Source of the DNA: a virus
Lineage: Duplodnaviria; Caudoviricetes
Virus record (IMG/VR): IMGVR_UViG_3300035562_000016
Span: 1-24,746 of that record
Length of the DNA stretch: 24,746 nucleotides
Direction: 5' to 3' (one strand)
The notes beneath the pieces were generated by a model that was not told where the DNA came from, did no database searches, and saw only the letters and a program-made list of their open reading frames with translations. This document shows, one piece after another, positions 1-9,081 of this stretch (positions are counted from its first letter, which is position 1; every line of letters begins with the position of its first letter). Both the position numbers and the translations under genes were made by a program.

Positions 1-57
1 TATTGAGAATGATAATATGGTTTTTTATTGATAACATATTTAAAAAGGAGTTGTGTC

Positions 58-522
58 GTGGAGAAATTCGATCGTGAACTTCAACTAACTATACTTAAGA
101 TGTGTATTGAGGCATATCCAGATAATACTACATTCAAAATGTTTTCTGAGAACCCAGAGTTAATTCTTAATCAAGATGAAAAATTCCGTGCAAATGTCAT
201 TTATCTTCAGCAGCATGGGCTAATTAGCATAGAGCATGATAACTCAGACGATCCGTTCAACCTTTTGGAAAGATTAAAAGCCACTCATAAAGGTGTTGAT
301 TTTATGCTCGATGACGGAGGGGTATCTGCGATTCTAAATGTTCATACAATTAAGGTTCATAGGGATACAATTATAGTCCTAGAGGACCTAATTGCAATTT
401 CAAATATGAGCACTGAAGAAAAGAAAATGGCTAAGTCGGCAATAGCTCAGCTTTCTTCTGAAGCACTAAAAAGCATAATTCAAACAATAACAGCGGCAGG
501 AATCTCCGCTTTGATTAGATAA
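58..522 (+). CDS. Hypothetical accessory protein, winged-helix-like N-terminal domain plus helical C-terminus
   Basis: AGGAG at 46-50 lies 7 nt before GTG at 58, favouring this start over 28; 'ANVIYLQQHGLI...LKATHKGVDFM' resembles a wHTH helix and wing; AT-rich and opposite to the late operon. Confidence 0.7.
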   Translation: MEKFDRELQLTILKMCIEAYPDNTTFKMFSENPELILNQDEKFRANVIYLQQHGLISIEHDNSDDPFNLLERLKATHKGVDFMLDDGGVSAILNVHTIKVHRDTIIVLEDLIAISNMSTEEKKMAKSAIAQLSSEALKSIIQTITAAGISALIR

Positions 523-546
523 CTCTGCTAAATGAGCTTCATGTCT

Positions 547-1644
547 TTAACCCGTTTGAATTGCGGACTGCTCTTTTCTACCAAATTTAGACATTAATAA
601 TCTTTTTAATACCTTTGATGCCTTAACTTCAAGATATTTATGAGAAAGATGTGCGGTGACAAAGGTTAGGATAAGCGCCGTAAAGAATATGTGCCATCCT
701 TTATCCGTATTGTATATATACTTTCTGGTAATAGACATCATTGGATTGTGAAGTAAGTACACTGAGAATGACACCTCGCCAAAATAATAAAGGGCCTTTG
801 GAGTTATCTTATCTAGCCATTCTCTGTTGAATACAATCGCCAGGAATAAAATCGCCATAAATAGTGCGGATGATTTCAATCCATGGTCATTATACCCATT
901 GAATAATGAGTAATAACCTACAACTATAATAGAAACCACAAAAAATATTACCGATACGTTTTGGCTAACCTTACTTGCAAACTTGATGTACAAGATAGCA
1001 ATAATAACACCAAGCATAAATTCATACATAATTGGATTGGTAGCAAACCCCGCTATCTCAGATGAATACGGATATCCCATTATATCAACGCTCGGATAAA
1101 AACCGCTAATTGCCGGGATGGCAATTAGAGCTATGAAGAACATAGAGAGCAGAGCAGGAGTCTTCTTTATAAAAAGAAATGACATTGACATTAAAAGATA
1201 GAAATACATCTCATAGTTTAATGTCCACCTAACGCCAGAAGCATTGTTTACATTGATGTATGCTGGTGCATCATCTGTAATTGAAGGGAGAAAGAAGAAG
1301 GATCTAACAAAGCTTGTCGTTTTATCTGCATAATGGAATGTGCTCATACCCCCATCAATTGCAAAACAAAGCAATATAAAGAATAGATATGCTGGGTATA
1401 TCCTTGAAAATCTATTGATGGCGAAGTTAACTGCTGAGCTTTTATTTCTACTTGAATAGATCATTATGAATCCACTCAATATAAAGAATATAGTCACCCC
1501 AAGCCCACCAGAATTGAATAATGCCGACACAACGGGATTACTTAAATCTATGTCTATCGCCCACTTGTAATGAAAAAGGACAACGATACAAGCTGCAATG
1601 CCTCTAAGTGCCTGTATAGATTTTATAGAATGTGTCGACATCAC
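547..1644 (-). CDS. Acyltransferase family 3 integral membrane protein (Oac/OafA-like; putative surface polysaccharide O-acetyltransferase)
   Basis: Family motifs 'QALRGIAACIVVLFH', 'GVTIFFILSGF', 'NRFSRIYP', 'WTLNYEMYFY', 'GEVSFSVYLLH'; many hydrophobic segments; no SGNH domain; start is GTG 1644 or ATG 1641. Confidence 0.92.
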   Translation of the reverse strand: MMSTHSIKSIQALRGIAACIVVLFHYKWAIDIDLSNPVVSALFNSGGLGVTIFFILSGFIMIYSSRNKSSAVNFAINRFSRIYPAYLFFILLCFAIDGGMSTFHYADKTTSFVRSFFFLPSITDDAPAYINVNNASGVRWTLNYEMYFYLLMSMSFLFIKKTPALLSMFFIALIAIPAISGFYPSVDIMGYPYSSEIAGFATNPIMYEFMLGVIIAILYIKFASKVSQNVSVIFFVVSIIVVGYYSLFNGYNDHGLKSSALFMAILFLAIVFNREWLDKITPKALYYFGEVSFSVYLLHNPMMSITRKYIYNTDKGWHIFFTALILTFVTAHLSHKYLEVKASKVLKRLLMSKFGRKEQSAIQTG

Positions 1645-1649
1645 GTGAT

Positions 1650-1689
1650 CTCTTTGAACTTTTTGTCAGTCTAGCATTAGTTCATAGAG
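1650..1689. repeat. 11-bp imperfect inverted repeat bracketing the -10 box and covering the acyltransferase RBS
   Basis: CTCTTTGAACT (1650-1660) and AGTTCATAGAG (1679-1689), one mismatch, 18-bp spacer. Confidence 0.6.
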
Positions 1690-1696
1690 CTTTCAA
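1668..1696 (-). promoter_or_regulatory. Putative sigma70 promoter of the acyltransferase gene
   Basis: Minus strand reads TTGAAA (1696-1691), 17-bp spacer, TAGACT (1673-1668), with a TGn extended -10. Confidence 0.65.
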
Positions 1697-2215
1697 TCAT
1701 TGCGGTAGTGAAGGCCACTTAATATCTGGAGCTTTACTAATATCCAAGTTCCTGACTTCTGTACGATACGCCCTCAGAGATAACAACTCTTTCGATTCGC
1801 TTTCTGTTATGTCCGCATCATCACTTTTGTCTGATAGATATTGTATCCTTGGCCTTACTTCATTCAACAATCTACCTCTCTCATTTTCCGCCTCCTTGAT
1901 ATAATCATATGTGAATTTACTCAATTTAAAGTCATAACTCCAGAGACCTTTATTATTTAACTCATCTGGAATTTTATTTAATTCAACAACAGATGATTCT
2001 ATTGGGAACAATGTTGATGCATCCGTATTGAAGGCAACAACAGTGCCATCAGAACTAATAACCACCTTCCATGTTTTAGTATCCAGTTCTTTTTGTAGCT
2101 CATACCAGTCGTTTCCATCTTCATCGCTAATAAATGATGCGCTATATGTTTTAGCAACACTTTCTTGATAAGGAGATAGGTTTTCTTCTAGCTTAAAGTT
2201 TCTCATTTTTGTCAT
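1697..2215 (-). CDS. Tail fibre assembly chaperone (Tfa-like)
   Basis: 'FISDEDGNDWYELQK', 'DASTLFP...SVVE' and C-terminal 'LRAYRTEVRNLDISKAPDIKWP' are typical of Tfa; ATG at 2215 overlaps the fibre stop (ATGA). Confidence 0.88.
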   Translation of the reverse strand: MTKMRNFKLEENLSPYQESVAKTYSASFISDEDGNDWYELQKELDTKTWKVVISSDGTVVAFNTDASTLFPIESSVVELNKIPDELNNKGLWSYDFKLSKFTYDYIKEAENERGRLLNEVRPRIQYLSDKSDDADITESESKELLSLRAYRTEVRNLDISKAPDIKWPSLPQ

Positions 2216-3339
2216 ATGCCTGCCACCGTTGTCCATGTACCATTGATAAGTTTCTGCACTGGTCTCCAATATAGGGTTGACGCGCCGCCGCTTACTGCAT
2301 CAAAGGCAGTCAACACAAATCCAGCCGTATGAGTAGAGGGTGCTGCTGTAGATTCTGACCCGAGGCGCACGTCTTGAACATAGGTTTGTCTTACGAGAGT
2401 TTCTGTTGCCAGTTTATCACTGTTTGAATAAACGTTACCGCTAGGGTCTACCTGAAATCTGGTAGTGCCATTTATTTTTATTCCCCAGCAAATTATCCCT
2501 GTAGAGGCGTTTCTAATAAGTCCATAGATAGCCTGATTGGTATACCAGTTATTAACTACACCGGATGCAACATCCCCAGAATTGATAGGGCTTGGAGCGC
2601 TATACAATGCAGAAAGATTAGACGCTAATGGTTCTGTTGGTAGAGTTTCAACTCCAGCCATACGAATCGTTGCAGATGGGTAGTTACCGCCGCTTGATGA
2701 CACGGCATTAACATCAGAGGAGGTTAACGTTATATCAGAGGACAATGCCTTTCCATTTACCTGCCTTGTCGTCGGAACCGCACCTACATCCGATGCACTT
2801 AATGTGATATCAGCATTTAACGGTTTGTTGTTGATTTGTCGCGTAGTTGGTACGGCGCCTACATCCGAAGAAGTTAATGTTATATCTGCGTTTAACTGTT
2901 TGTTATTTACCTTTCTTGTGATTGGTGCATAACCACTAACAATATATGCCTGTAGGTTTCTCCAGGTAGCGCTCCCAGTATTGGGATCAGACGTATTGTT
3001 ATCTGCAATACTGATATAAATAGTGCTACCATCATTCCCAAGCAACATAGCACCTGTTGGATACCCACCTATCGCCGTGGACAATGTCGGGTCGAATGGA
3101 TTCAAAGTCCCTGTACTTGCCCATCTGGATAGACTGGCAAGTTCATATAAAATCTGGTTCATATCCTGACCTTTCGGTGGCAGGCCTCCAGCAGATTTCA
3201 AGATCATCGTAATTGGGGGGAACCCGACATCATACGATGCAGTATTGTCACCTGACGGAGTTGTGGGGAGAATGTCTTCACGCTGACCGTTTATTGCAAA
3301 TGGCGTGTATTGTACTTTTGGCGAGTCAGTTCTCTTCAT
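2212..3339 (-). CDS. Tail fibre protein
   Basis: N-terminal baseplate anchor 'GFPPITM...GGLPPKGQDMNQIL...AIGGYP', three fibre repeats, C-terminal 'YVQDVRLGS...YWRPVQKLINGTW' tip motif; directly upstream of tfa. Confidence 0.9.
   Translation of the reverse strand: MKRTDSPKVQYTPFAINGQREDILPTTPSGDNTASYDVGFPPITMILKSAGGLPPKGQDMNQILYELASLSRWASTGTLNPFDPTLSTAIGGYPTGAMLLGNDGSTIYISIADNNTSDPNTGSATWRNLQAYIVSGYAPITRKVNNKQLNADITLTSSDVGAVPTTRQINNKPLNADITLSASDVGAVPTTRQVNGKALSSDITLTSSDVNAVSSSGGNYPSATIRMAGVETLPTEPLASNLSALYSAPSPINSGDVASGVVNNWYTNQAIYGLIRNASTGIICWGIKINGTTRFQVDPSGNVYSNSDKLATETLVRQTYVQDVRLGSESTAAPSTHTAGFVLTAFDAVSGGASTLYWRPVQKLINGTWTTVAGI
2704..2928 (-). repeat. Three tandem 75-nt (25-aa) repeats in the tail fibre
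   Basis: APITRKVNNKQLNADITLTSSDVGA / VPTTRQINNKPLNADITLSASDVGA / VPTTRQVNGKALSSDITLTSSDVNA (residues 138-212). Confidence 0.9.
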
Positions 3340-3980
3340 GTTATATCTCTGTAAAAGGTTCCGTCATTGAAGGGATATGCATCGGATGAAAATCCGAAAT
3401 AAGGTGTAACTATCTGATGAATTTGCAGCAACACCCCGCTTGGAATAGGTGTCACGTCATAATTTTTCAGAATCGAAACTTCATAGGGTGCCAACTCAAA
3501 CTCAAATGTTATCCCCATAGTCATATCCCGGTAGTTTACGCAAAATGCCCTACCCCGCTCATAGAAGAGGATTTTTAGGAATTTGTTTACATCAGGAATG
3601 GTTGCGATACTTATATTTGTGAATGCTTTGCAGAATATCAACGTTCTGTATGCATCATCTCCCAAGCGGACATTAGTTGTTTCCTGAACTCCACCGAAGA
3701 ACGGGGAGTCATTAAATGGTGCTGGATAATCAGGATTGGAATCATCAGCCTCGCTAAAGCCGAATGAAGTGCTTTCTATAGGTGCAATAATGTACCTGTC
3801 CACTCCAACAATTTTTCCCCACATATCAAGACCAAAGGTTTCGCACGTAGTTAGATCCCATACCTTCTTAATAAACTCATCTGTAAAATCATCAAGATTA
3901 ACTGCCTGATTGAACGTATCTATAATCGATATGAGTTTTTGGCTTGCTGAGTACTGCGTGAGGATAGTGTCTTTCCACAT
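3336..3980 (-). CDS. Baseplate wedge protein (DUF2612-like)
   Basis: 'VWDLTTCETFGLDMWGKIVGVDR', 'LGDDAYRTLI'; lies between baseplate J and fibre; ATG 3980 with GGGGA upstream. Confidence 0.8.
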   Translation of the reverse strand: MWKDTILTQYSASQKLISIIDTFNQAVNLDDFTDEFIKKVWDLTTCETFGLDMWGKIVGVDRYIIAPIESTSFGFSEADDSNPDYPAPFNDSPFFGGVQETTNVRLGDDAYRTLIFCKAFTNISIATIPDVNKFLKILFYERGRAFCVNYRDMTMGITFEFELAPYEVSILKNYDVTPIPSGVLLQIHQIVTPYFGFSSDAYPFNDGTFYRDIT

Positions 3981-3991
3981 CAATCTATCCC

Positions 3992-5221
3992 CTATATCAG
4001 AGTTACTGTGATGTCCGATCCCTGAATTGTCGGAACTTGGTCAATCCCCATGGTGACAGCCGGCCCCCATGTAGTTCCGTTCAGAGAGACTTCAAGAGAA
4101 AGAATACCTACCGTATCAGGAGAGATGGAAATCACCGGTGCATAGTACTTTCCAGCGTTGATTGTGGAGCCTATCCTGGCTTTACTAATCCCCTCATACC
4201 CACCGTTGAATACTGAGACAATCATCGCTTTCACCTGCGCCGTAATATCACTCGGCGGATTCAAACTACTATCAAGCTCAACTTTGAAGTAAACCCTTGT
4301 AGGAGATGCCTTCTGCCACTGGATGTCATATGACGGATATGGAGGTGTGTAGTTGACGTTGTCATAAACGGTGTAATGAGTACTCCCGTTCATGTTCGCG
4401 CCAGGGTTGTAAGTCTGGAAAATTGATTCAGCAACATCCTCATCCGCTCCTCCGTAAACGCAAATAAACAGTGAGTGGGCAAGAACCGGAAAACTTGTCG
4501 TTCCCTGATTAACCGTAGCCGCAGTTCTGTTTGACCAGACATAAGCATCCAGAACACCTTTGGTAGCCAAAAGCGCTGCTAGTGTTGATGCATCCTGGTT
4601 TCTACTATTCCTTGCCACCGACTGCCTGCGCCGAGTCTCGAAAGCGATTCTTGACTCAACATCCACGCCCACCACGCCAGGGTTTGCGTTTGTTATTGAG
4701 TCCCAACCTGAAACCGCTCGATATATCTGATTTAGCGAGCCTGAACCGCATGGTATCGGTCCTGTAGTTGTGTTTACAAACTGCACATCAACCGAACCAC
4801 CTGCAGGGATTATCGCATTATCAATGCTTTGGTAAATGTAGCCATTTGTATCAATTGCGGTGCTTCCTGCAGGAATAGTAGTGTTTACTTTGCCAATGCA
4901 TGTCGCCGTAACAACTGTTCCCTGAGCAGAGATGCGATCCATAAAATATATTCGACCGATTCCATCCTGAAATCTTCCGGTTGAAAAGTCAGGGTTAACC
5001 TGGTTAAACAGGCACTCTAACTTATCGTATTCCTGCGCGATGATTTCCGTGTCTGACTGTGCAATCTGTCCCTGTGGAGAGCTAAGCGATTGGCTTGCAC
5101 CACCACCTAGAGCGGTAGTCATATCAGTTAGTCTACCAGCCAGGATGTCAGACACATCAGGAACAGACAGACCGTTCTCAGTGATGGTGACATCTGGTAC
5201 GGCGGTTTGTATCGTTGTCAT
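3992..5221 (-). CDS. Baseplate J-like protein
   Basis: 'SPQGQI', 'NPDFSTGRFQDGIG', 'GVDVESRIAFETRRRQS'; 409 aa; position in baseplate cluster. Confidence 0.85.
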   Translation of the reverse strand: MTTIQTAVPDVTITENGLSVPDVSDILAGRLTDMTTALGGGASQSLSSPQGQIAQSDTEIIAQEYDKLECLFNQVNPDFSTGRFQDGIGRIYFMDRISAQGTVVTATCIGKVNTTIPAGSTAIDTNGYIYQSIDNAIIPAGGSVDVQFVNTTTGPIPCGSGSLNQIYRAVSGWDSITNANPGVVGVDVESRIAFETRRRQSVARNSRNQDASTLAALLATKGVLDAYVWSNRTAATVNQGTTSFPVLAHSLFICVYGGADEDVAESIFQTYNPGANMNGSTHYTVYDNVNYTPPYPSYDIQWQKASPTRVYFKVELDSSLNPPSDITAQVKAMIVSVFNGGYEGISKARIGSTINAGKYYAPVISISPDTVGILSLEVSLNGTTWGPAVTMGIDQVPTIQGSDITVTLI

Positions 5222-5577
5222 AGCGTCGCCTGAGCAGTGTTTCCGTTAATATCCGTTACGCGAATAGCTCCACGCATTCTGCGAGTGTTTTTATCGAAAA
5301 ATACCGTCGCCAGAGCCTGATCTACAATCGGGAGTTTTTTCGCCTCGGTCTGCAACTTCTGCGAAATGAAGCTTGGCGTGGGTCTTTTGCCTAACACATC
5401 TGTTTTCCATGGGATACCCAAGGTATTGTTGTAATAACACTCTCCGGAGAACACCAGGCATGCACTAGCTACATCCTGAGCTACCGAATAGGCTTCATCA
5501 GCAATGGCTATATTCCCGCTACCATCCAGTGTTAAGTCCCATGTAGACACATCTAATTGCATGGTTCTGTAGGTCAT
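5218..5577 (-). CDS. Baseplate wedge/sheath initiator (gpW/gp25-like)
   Basis: 119 aa, 'WDLTLDGSGNIA...GECYYNNTLGIPW'; between spike and J; ATGA overlaps. Confidence 0.7.
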   Translation of the reverse strand: MTYRTMQLDVSTWDLTLDGSGNIAIADEAYSVAQDVASACLVFSGECYYNNTLGIPWKTDVLGKRPTPSFISQKLQTEAKKLPIVDQALATVFFDKNTRRMRGAIRVTDINGNTAQATL

Positions 5578-6284
5578 GTTGGTTTATCCGTAACATTTGA
5601 TGTGACAGTTGAGCCGCCAGTCTGTACTCCCGGCACAGGGTGTTTGTGCGCGTCATAATTGTCTCGGAGCGCTTTAAGGGAAGCGCCCTGGCTGCCGTTG
5701 TTATCCGTGATATCCCCACCGGCCGTAATGTTTCCGGTGACGTGCATTGTCGGCGTTGTCATCGTTACACCATCTGGGGCTGTAACATTGGCTGATGAGC
5801 AGTTAATGTTCACCGGATTCGGCGTGGTAATATTTATCGCGCCGTCTGCAAACTCGATGAATTGGGTTGGCTGATTATTTAGAAAGCCGCCAAGGTAAAG
5901 CGCGTCTGATTTACTGTGCGACCTCTTGCTGCCTGGCACGGACTGCTTGCGGTTTGCCCTGGCTATTGAGTTGTCTCGGTCGCAGATGGCGATCATGCCA
6001 ATATCACCCGGCACCGGGTTCATGATGATTGCGCTTGCTCCACGCTGAAGTCTGAACACCGGCACATTGAAGATTTCCGAGTTCTGGATGGTCGCTCCTG
6101 ATGGGTCTGTTCTGGTGACCAGAGGAATAACATCTACCACCAGATTTGGTGCGCCTCCTCGAATAGCGACTACCTGAACGAGCTCAATAAAAAAAGCTCC
6201 TGAAAGGAGCTTCTTAAATACGTATGAGAGGTTTTCCGCATCACTAGTTTGCGCACTAGTAGGCGTAAATAAATAGTCAGCCAC
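5574..6284 (-). CDS. Baseplate central spike (gpV/Gp138-like)
   Basis: OB-fold-like N-terminus 'PVPGDIGMIAICDRD', 'RSHSKSDALYLGG', beta-rich C-terminus ending in 'HKHPVPGVQTGG' HxH motif. Confidence 0.85.
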   Translation of the reverse strand: MADYLFTPTSAQTSDAENLSYVFKKLLSGAFFIELVQVVAIRGGAPNLVVDVIPLVTRTDPSGATIQNSEIFNVPVFRLQRGASAIIMNPVPGDIGMIAICDRDNSIARANRKQSVPGSKRSHSKSDALYLGGFLNNQPTQFIEFADGAINITTPNPVNINCSSANVTAPDGVTMTTPTMHVTGNITAGGDITDNNGSQGASLKALRDNYDAHKHPVPGVQTGGSTVTSNVTDKPT

Positions 6285-7146
6285 TGGTCGCCTCTTCTAA
6301 TTTTCTGTTAGCTATGCACACTGAATGCCATGGTCCATCCTCCATCCATGATGACAACTCATGGGTTACGCTGGTGAGCTTATAAACTCCGCTGGCATGA
6401 GGAAGGGTTGTCTGCAACTCTATATCGCGGCCTGTAGTTAACAACGTTGAGAATTGCGTCTGGAACATCACGCCTCCATTTGAGAAGACTGGATATCCAA
6501 TTAGCCCGTACTCAGGAGAGATAAGAGGCTTCACATCGTCCTTTGTGCTTTCCTGCGGCCAGAATGATATTGATGGTGGCACGACAGACATGGCTATGTT
6601 CAGGTCGTCGCAGACTGCTCGAAGTTGATCAAACACACTTCCTTCATAGTGTGGGTTTGTAATTACTTTTCCGTCCAGCCCAACTATATATGGCTTGTAT
6701 CCTGCGGCCTTGCAGATAGCGTTGATAACGCTTGTTACCGCCGTTGAGCCATTGAACGAAAATGGTGACGCAGTTTTGTTCTGCAGGTCAGCGTTTGCCG
6801 TTGCCGTAATCATCAAAGCCGTATTCGGCATGGTGTTCATGTTGGCAATAGATGACGTCATGTACCCGGAAAATATCGCGGTATTCTCCACAAAAATCTT
6901 CATGCTGATGCGTTCAGTGTCAGTGCCGAACAGGCCCATTGCTTTAGACGACAGGGCTGCCAACATTTCCAGGCCAAGCCCGAATATGCTTACGTTAACC
7001 TGCGTTCCGAAGAGATTTCCTGATGACTGGAGTGAAACAGTTGCCCGGGCTTCGCTGATAGATATTTGATTGTTTCCCGCATCATCGAACGATGAGGTCT
7101 CATTCATAAACTCAAATCGAAGAGAGCGCTTATTGTACAAGTTCAC
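6277..7146 (-). CDS. Baseplate hub protein
   Basis: 289 aa upstream of the spike; 'ISPEYGLIGYP', 'GVYKLTSVTHELSS...GPW'. Confidence 0.7.
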   Translation of the reverse strand: MNLYNKRSLRFEFMNETSSFDDAGNNQISISEARATVSLQSSGNLFGTQVNVSIFGLGLEMLAALSSKAMGLFGTDTERISMKIFVENTAIFSGYMTSSIANMNTMPNTALMITATANADLQNKTASPFSFNGSTAVTSVINAICKAAGYKPYIVGLDGKVITNPHYEGSVFDQLRAVCDDLNIAMSVVPPSISFWPQESTKDDVKPLISPEYGLIGYPVFSNGGVMFQTQFSTLLTTGRDIELQTTLPHASGVYKLTSVTHELSSWMEDGPWHSVCIANRKLEEATSG

Positions 7147-7435
7147 TTTCCTCTATGTAGTAAAGAATGAACCTTCCTCCCAGCCCATCATAAGACGGGT
7201 CCTGCTGTCCTACGTTGTCGAGGAAAACCAGATCGCCCTGAAACCCCAGATAGGAATAACGGACCATTTTGTTTCCGTACAGGCAAGGAACGCCCTGCAT
7301 GATGGGGTTTCCATTTACTGTAAGGTCCATGTATATGAAGCTTTCACGTTGAATCAGTCGTATGACGCATCGCTGCCCAGCCAAATCCACAGAGACAGAC
7401 TGTGATTTCTGCGGCTCAAGTGGAATTGTTATCAT
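7130..7435 (-). CDS. Small baseplate protein (plug-like)
   Basis: 101 aa, 'MITIPLEPQKSQ...DPSYDGLGGRFILYY'; position between tube initiator and hub. Confidence 0.6.
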   Translation of the reverse strand: MITIPLEPQKSQSVSVDLAGQRCVIRLIQRESFIYMDLTVNGNPIMQGVPCLYGNKMVRYSYLGFQGDLVFLDNVGQQDPSYDGLGGRFILYYIEESELVQ

Positions 7436-8247
7436 GTGATGTTCTCGTTAATTTCTTTGGCAAGCTCAGCGGCCTTCTGAGTAGCGCTGTTTGTCACGTC
7501 GAGTATTGGCTTCGAAACGGTATCAAGAGCGCTCTGAAAGCTTGTAGAGATGGCGTTTGACGCTGTTGTGGCTATGCCTGATACCGAAGTCTTCAGCGAT
7601 GACCAGGACTTCCCAAGCTCGTCTACAGTAGAAGGTGTAGAGCCTGCGTCTTTAGTCGATGCCCCCATGCCGGTAACGCCCTGACTAACAGAGTCATTCG
7701 TCGGTTTTGCTTCAGACTGAGCACCAGATAGGACAACTTCCATCTGCTGCATGACCTCCTGAAAGTACAGGTAGATGGTCAGCATGCTCACGCCGCGCTG
7801 TGAATTTACCTCGTATGAATGGTCAACCAGGTCATAGCTCTCAAGCGTTTCTTTCGGCGTCTCTATGTCGTATGTGTTGGCCGTCGATAGCATCGTTTTG
7901 ATAGTTTCAAGTACGCTGCTCTGGCTGGTAAACGTCAGGTCGAAGATGTTTGGAATGCCACCGGAGAAACCCGTCAGCCCGGTAACGATGATTTCGCACC
8001 TGACAACAGACGGCTCTTTTACTTTATTGATGGACTGGTATTTTCCGCCTTCGACAGGTGCATTCGTTATCTGAGCCCTGCCGCTTGGCTGAATGGATGC
8101 CATGCCGCTGAACTCAAGCGCTACAGCTCCTGTGGTGCTATTCCTAATGACATATTGAGGATGTAGAACGCTGTCGATTATCGACAGTGGAGAACCACCG
8201 CCGATCGCATTAAATATGTCTGCGGTATTGAGGTCGATGATGCTCAT
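7432..8247 (-). CDS. Distal tail/tube initiator-like baseplate protein
   Basis: 'ITNAPVEGGKYQSINKVKEP' motif; first structural gene after the tape measure gene. Confidence 0.65.
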   Translation of the reverse strand: MSIIDLNTADIFNAIGGGSPLSIIDSVLHPQYVIRNSTTGAVALEFSGMASIQPSGRAQITNAPVEGGKYQSINKVKEPSVVRCEIIVTGLTGFSGGIPNIFDLTFTSQSSVLETIKTMLSTANTYDIETPKETLESYDLVDHSYEVNSQRGVSMLTIYLYFQEVMQQMEVVLSGAQSEAKPTNDSVSQGVTGMGASTKDAGSTPSTVDELGKSWSSLKTSVSGIATTASNAISTSFQSALDTVSKPILDVTNSATQKAAELAKEINENIT

Positions 8248-8328
8248 TTGTTCACCAATTTTTAATTTATTGCGTGTTTTTGCATTCTTATGACTATATG
8301 ATTGATTAAAACTATTGAGGAAATATTC

Positions 8329-9081
8329 ATGAAAATTTTTTTAATACCCCTATCCATGGTCGCTTTAATAGTCGTGTCTTTTAGTCATCCATCTTACGCG
8401 TCGGAAAGCCAATCTACAGAGCAGAATAACGCCATATTGTCATGCGATAAACTTGCAAAATCTGAATCAGAGAATTGGTCTAATTGGGCTTCTCAGCAAG
8501 GCATTGCAAAGAAACAATTACTTAACTATGGATTAAATATGTGTCTCAACGCTGTGATAACGGCAAGAGATGCCAAGTCAATAAATCAAATTGAAGCTTG
8601 GCAAGTTGATGCATTTAACAGAAACGTATACCTAGGATTTGATGTCCTAAATGTAAATGCTGTTCAGCGCTCCGCATTGATTGCAAAAGAATATTTCAAT
8701 TCTCTTCATGGAGAAAAAAACAAATCAAGCCAACGTGAAATTACATATCCAGAGCTATCGAATTCATCCAGCGAAGCTGAAAAGGTTGCAGCACTTAAAG
8801 AATATTCATCGAAAAAGAAAATTAACGGTTTACCGATTGAGAAACGATGCGAGTTGATAGCAAAGAAAATGCCTGACGGGTCAATCCCATCATATGAAGT
8901 TAAGAAAAATGCCGTACTTGTTTGTGAAGGTATCATGGTGAAAAACTTCACTAACGGCGAGCATGGTATATCTACAAGCACGGCGATGAACATAGCAAAG
9001 AAAACATACGGCACAAATTCGATTGAGTATCGTTATCTTAATCAAGTAACACAATTGGCATTTTCAGAGTCTAAACATTGA
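8329..9081 (+). CDS. Hypothetical exported protein (moron), 250 aa, signal peptide, four cysteines
   Basis: GAGG at 8317-8320 before ATG 8329; 'MKIFLIPLSMVALIVVSFSHPSYA' signal peptide; AT-rich; antisense to the tail operon. Confidence 0.8.
   Translation: MKIFLIPLSMVALIVVSFSHPSYASESQSTEQNNAILSCDKLAKSESENWSNWASQQGIAKKQLLNYGLNMCLNAVITARDAKSINQIEAWQVDAFNRNVYLGFDVLNVNAVQRSALIAKEYFNSLHGEKNKSSQREITYPELSNSSSEAEKVAALKEYSSKKKINGLPIEKRCELIAKKMPDGSIPSYEVKKNAVLVCEGIMVKNFTNGEHGISTSTAMNIAKKTYGTNSIEYRYLNQVTQLAFSESKH

Noticed and set aside
1697-3339. Invertible tail fibre cassette or diversity-generating retroelement
   Set aside because: No invertase, reverse transcriptase, second fibre tip or template repeat in the window
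8260-8315. Promoter for the antisense exported-protein gene
   Set aside because: TATGAT at 8297-8302 is a plausible -10, but no -35 at proper spacing; too weak to call
8706-9014. 102-aa minus-strand ORF inside the exported-protein gene
   Set aside because: Shadow of the plus-strand gene, which has an RBS and signal peptide
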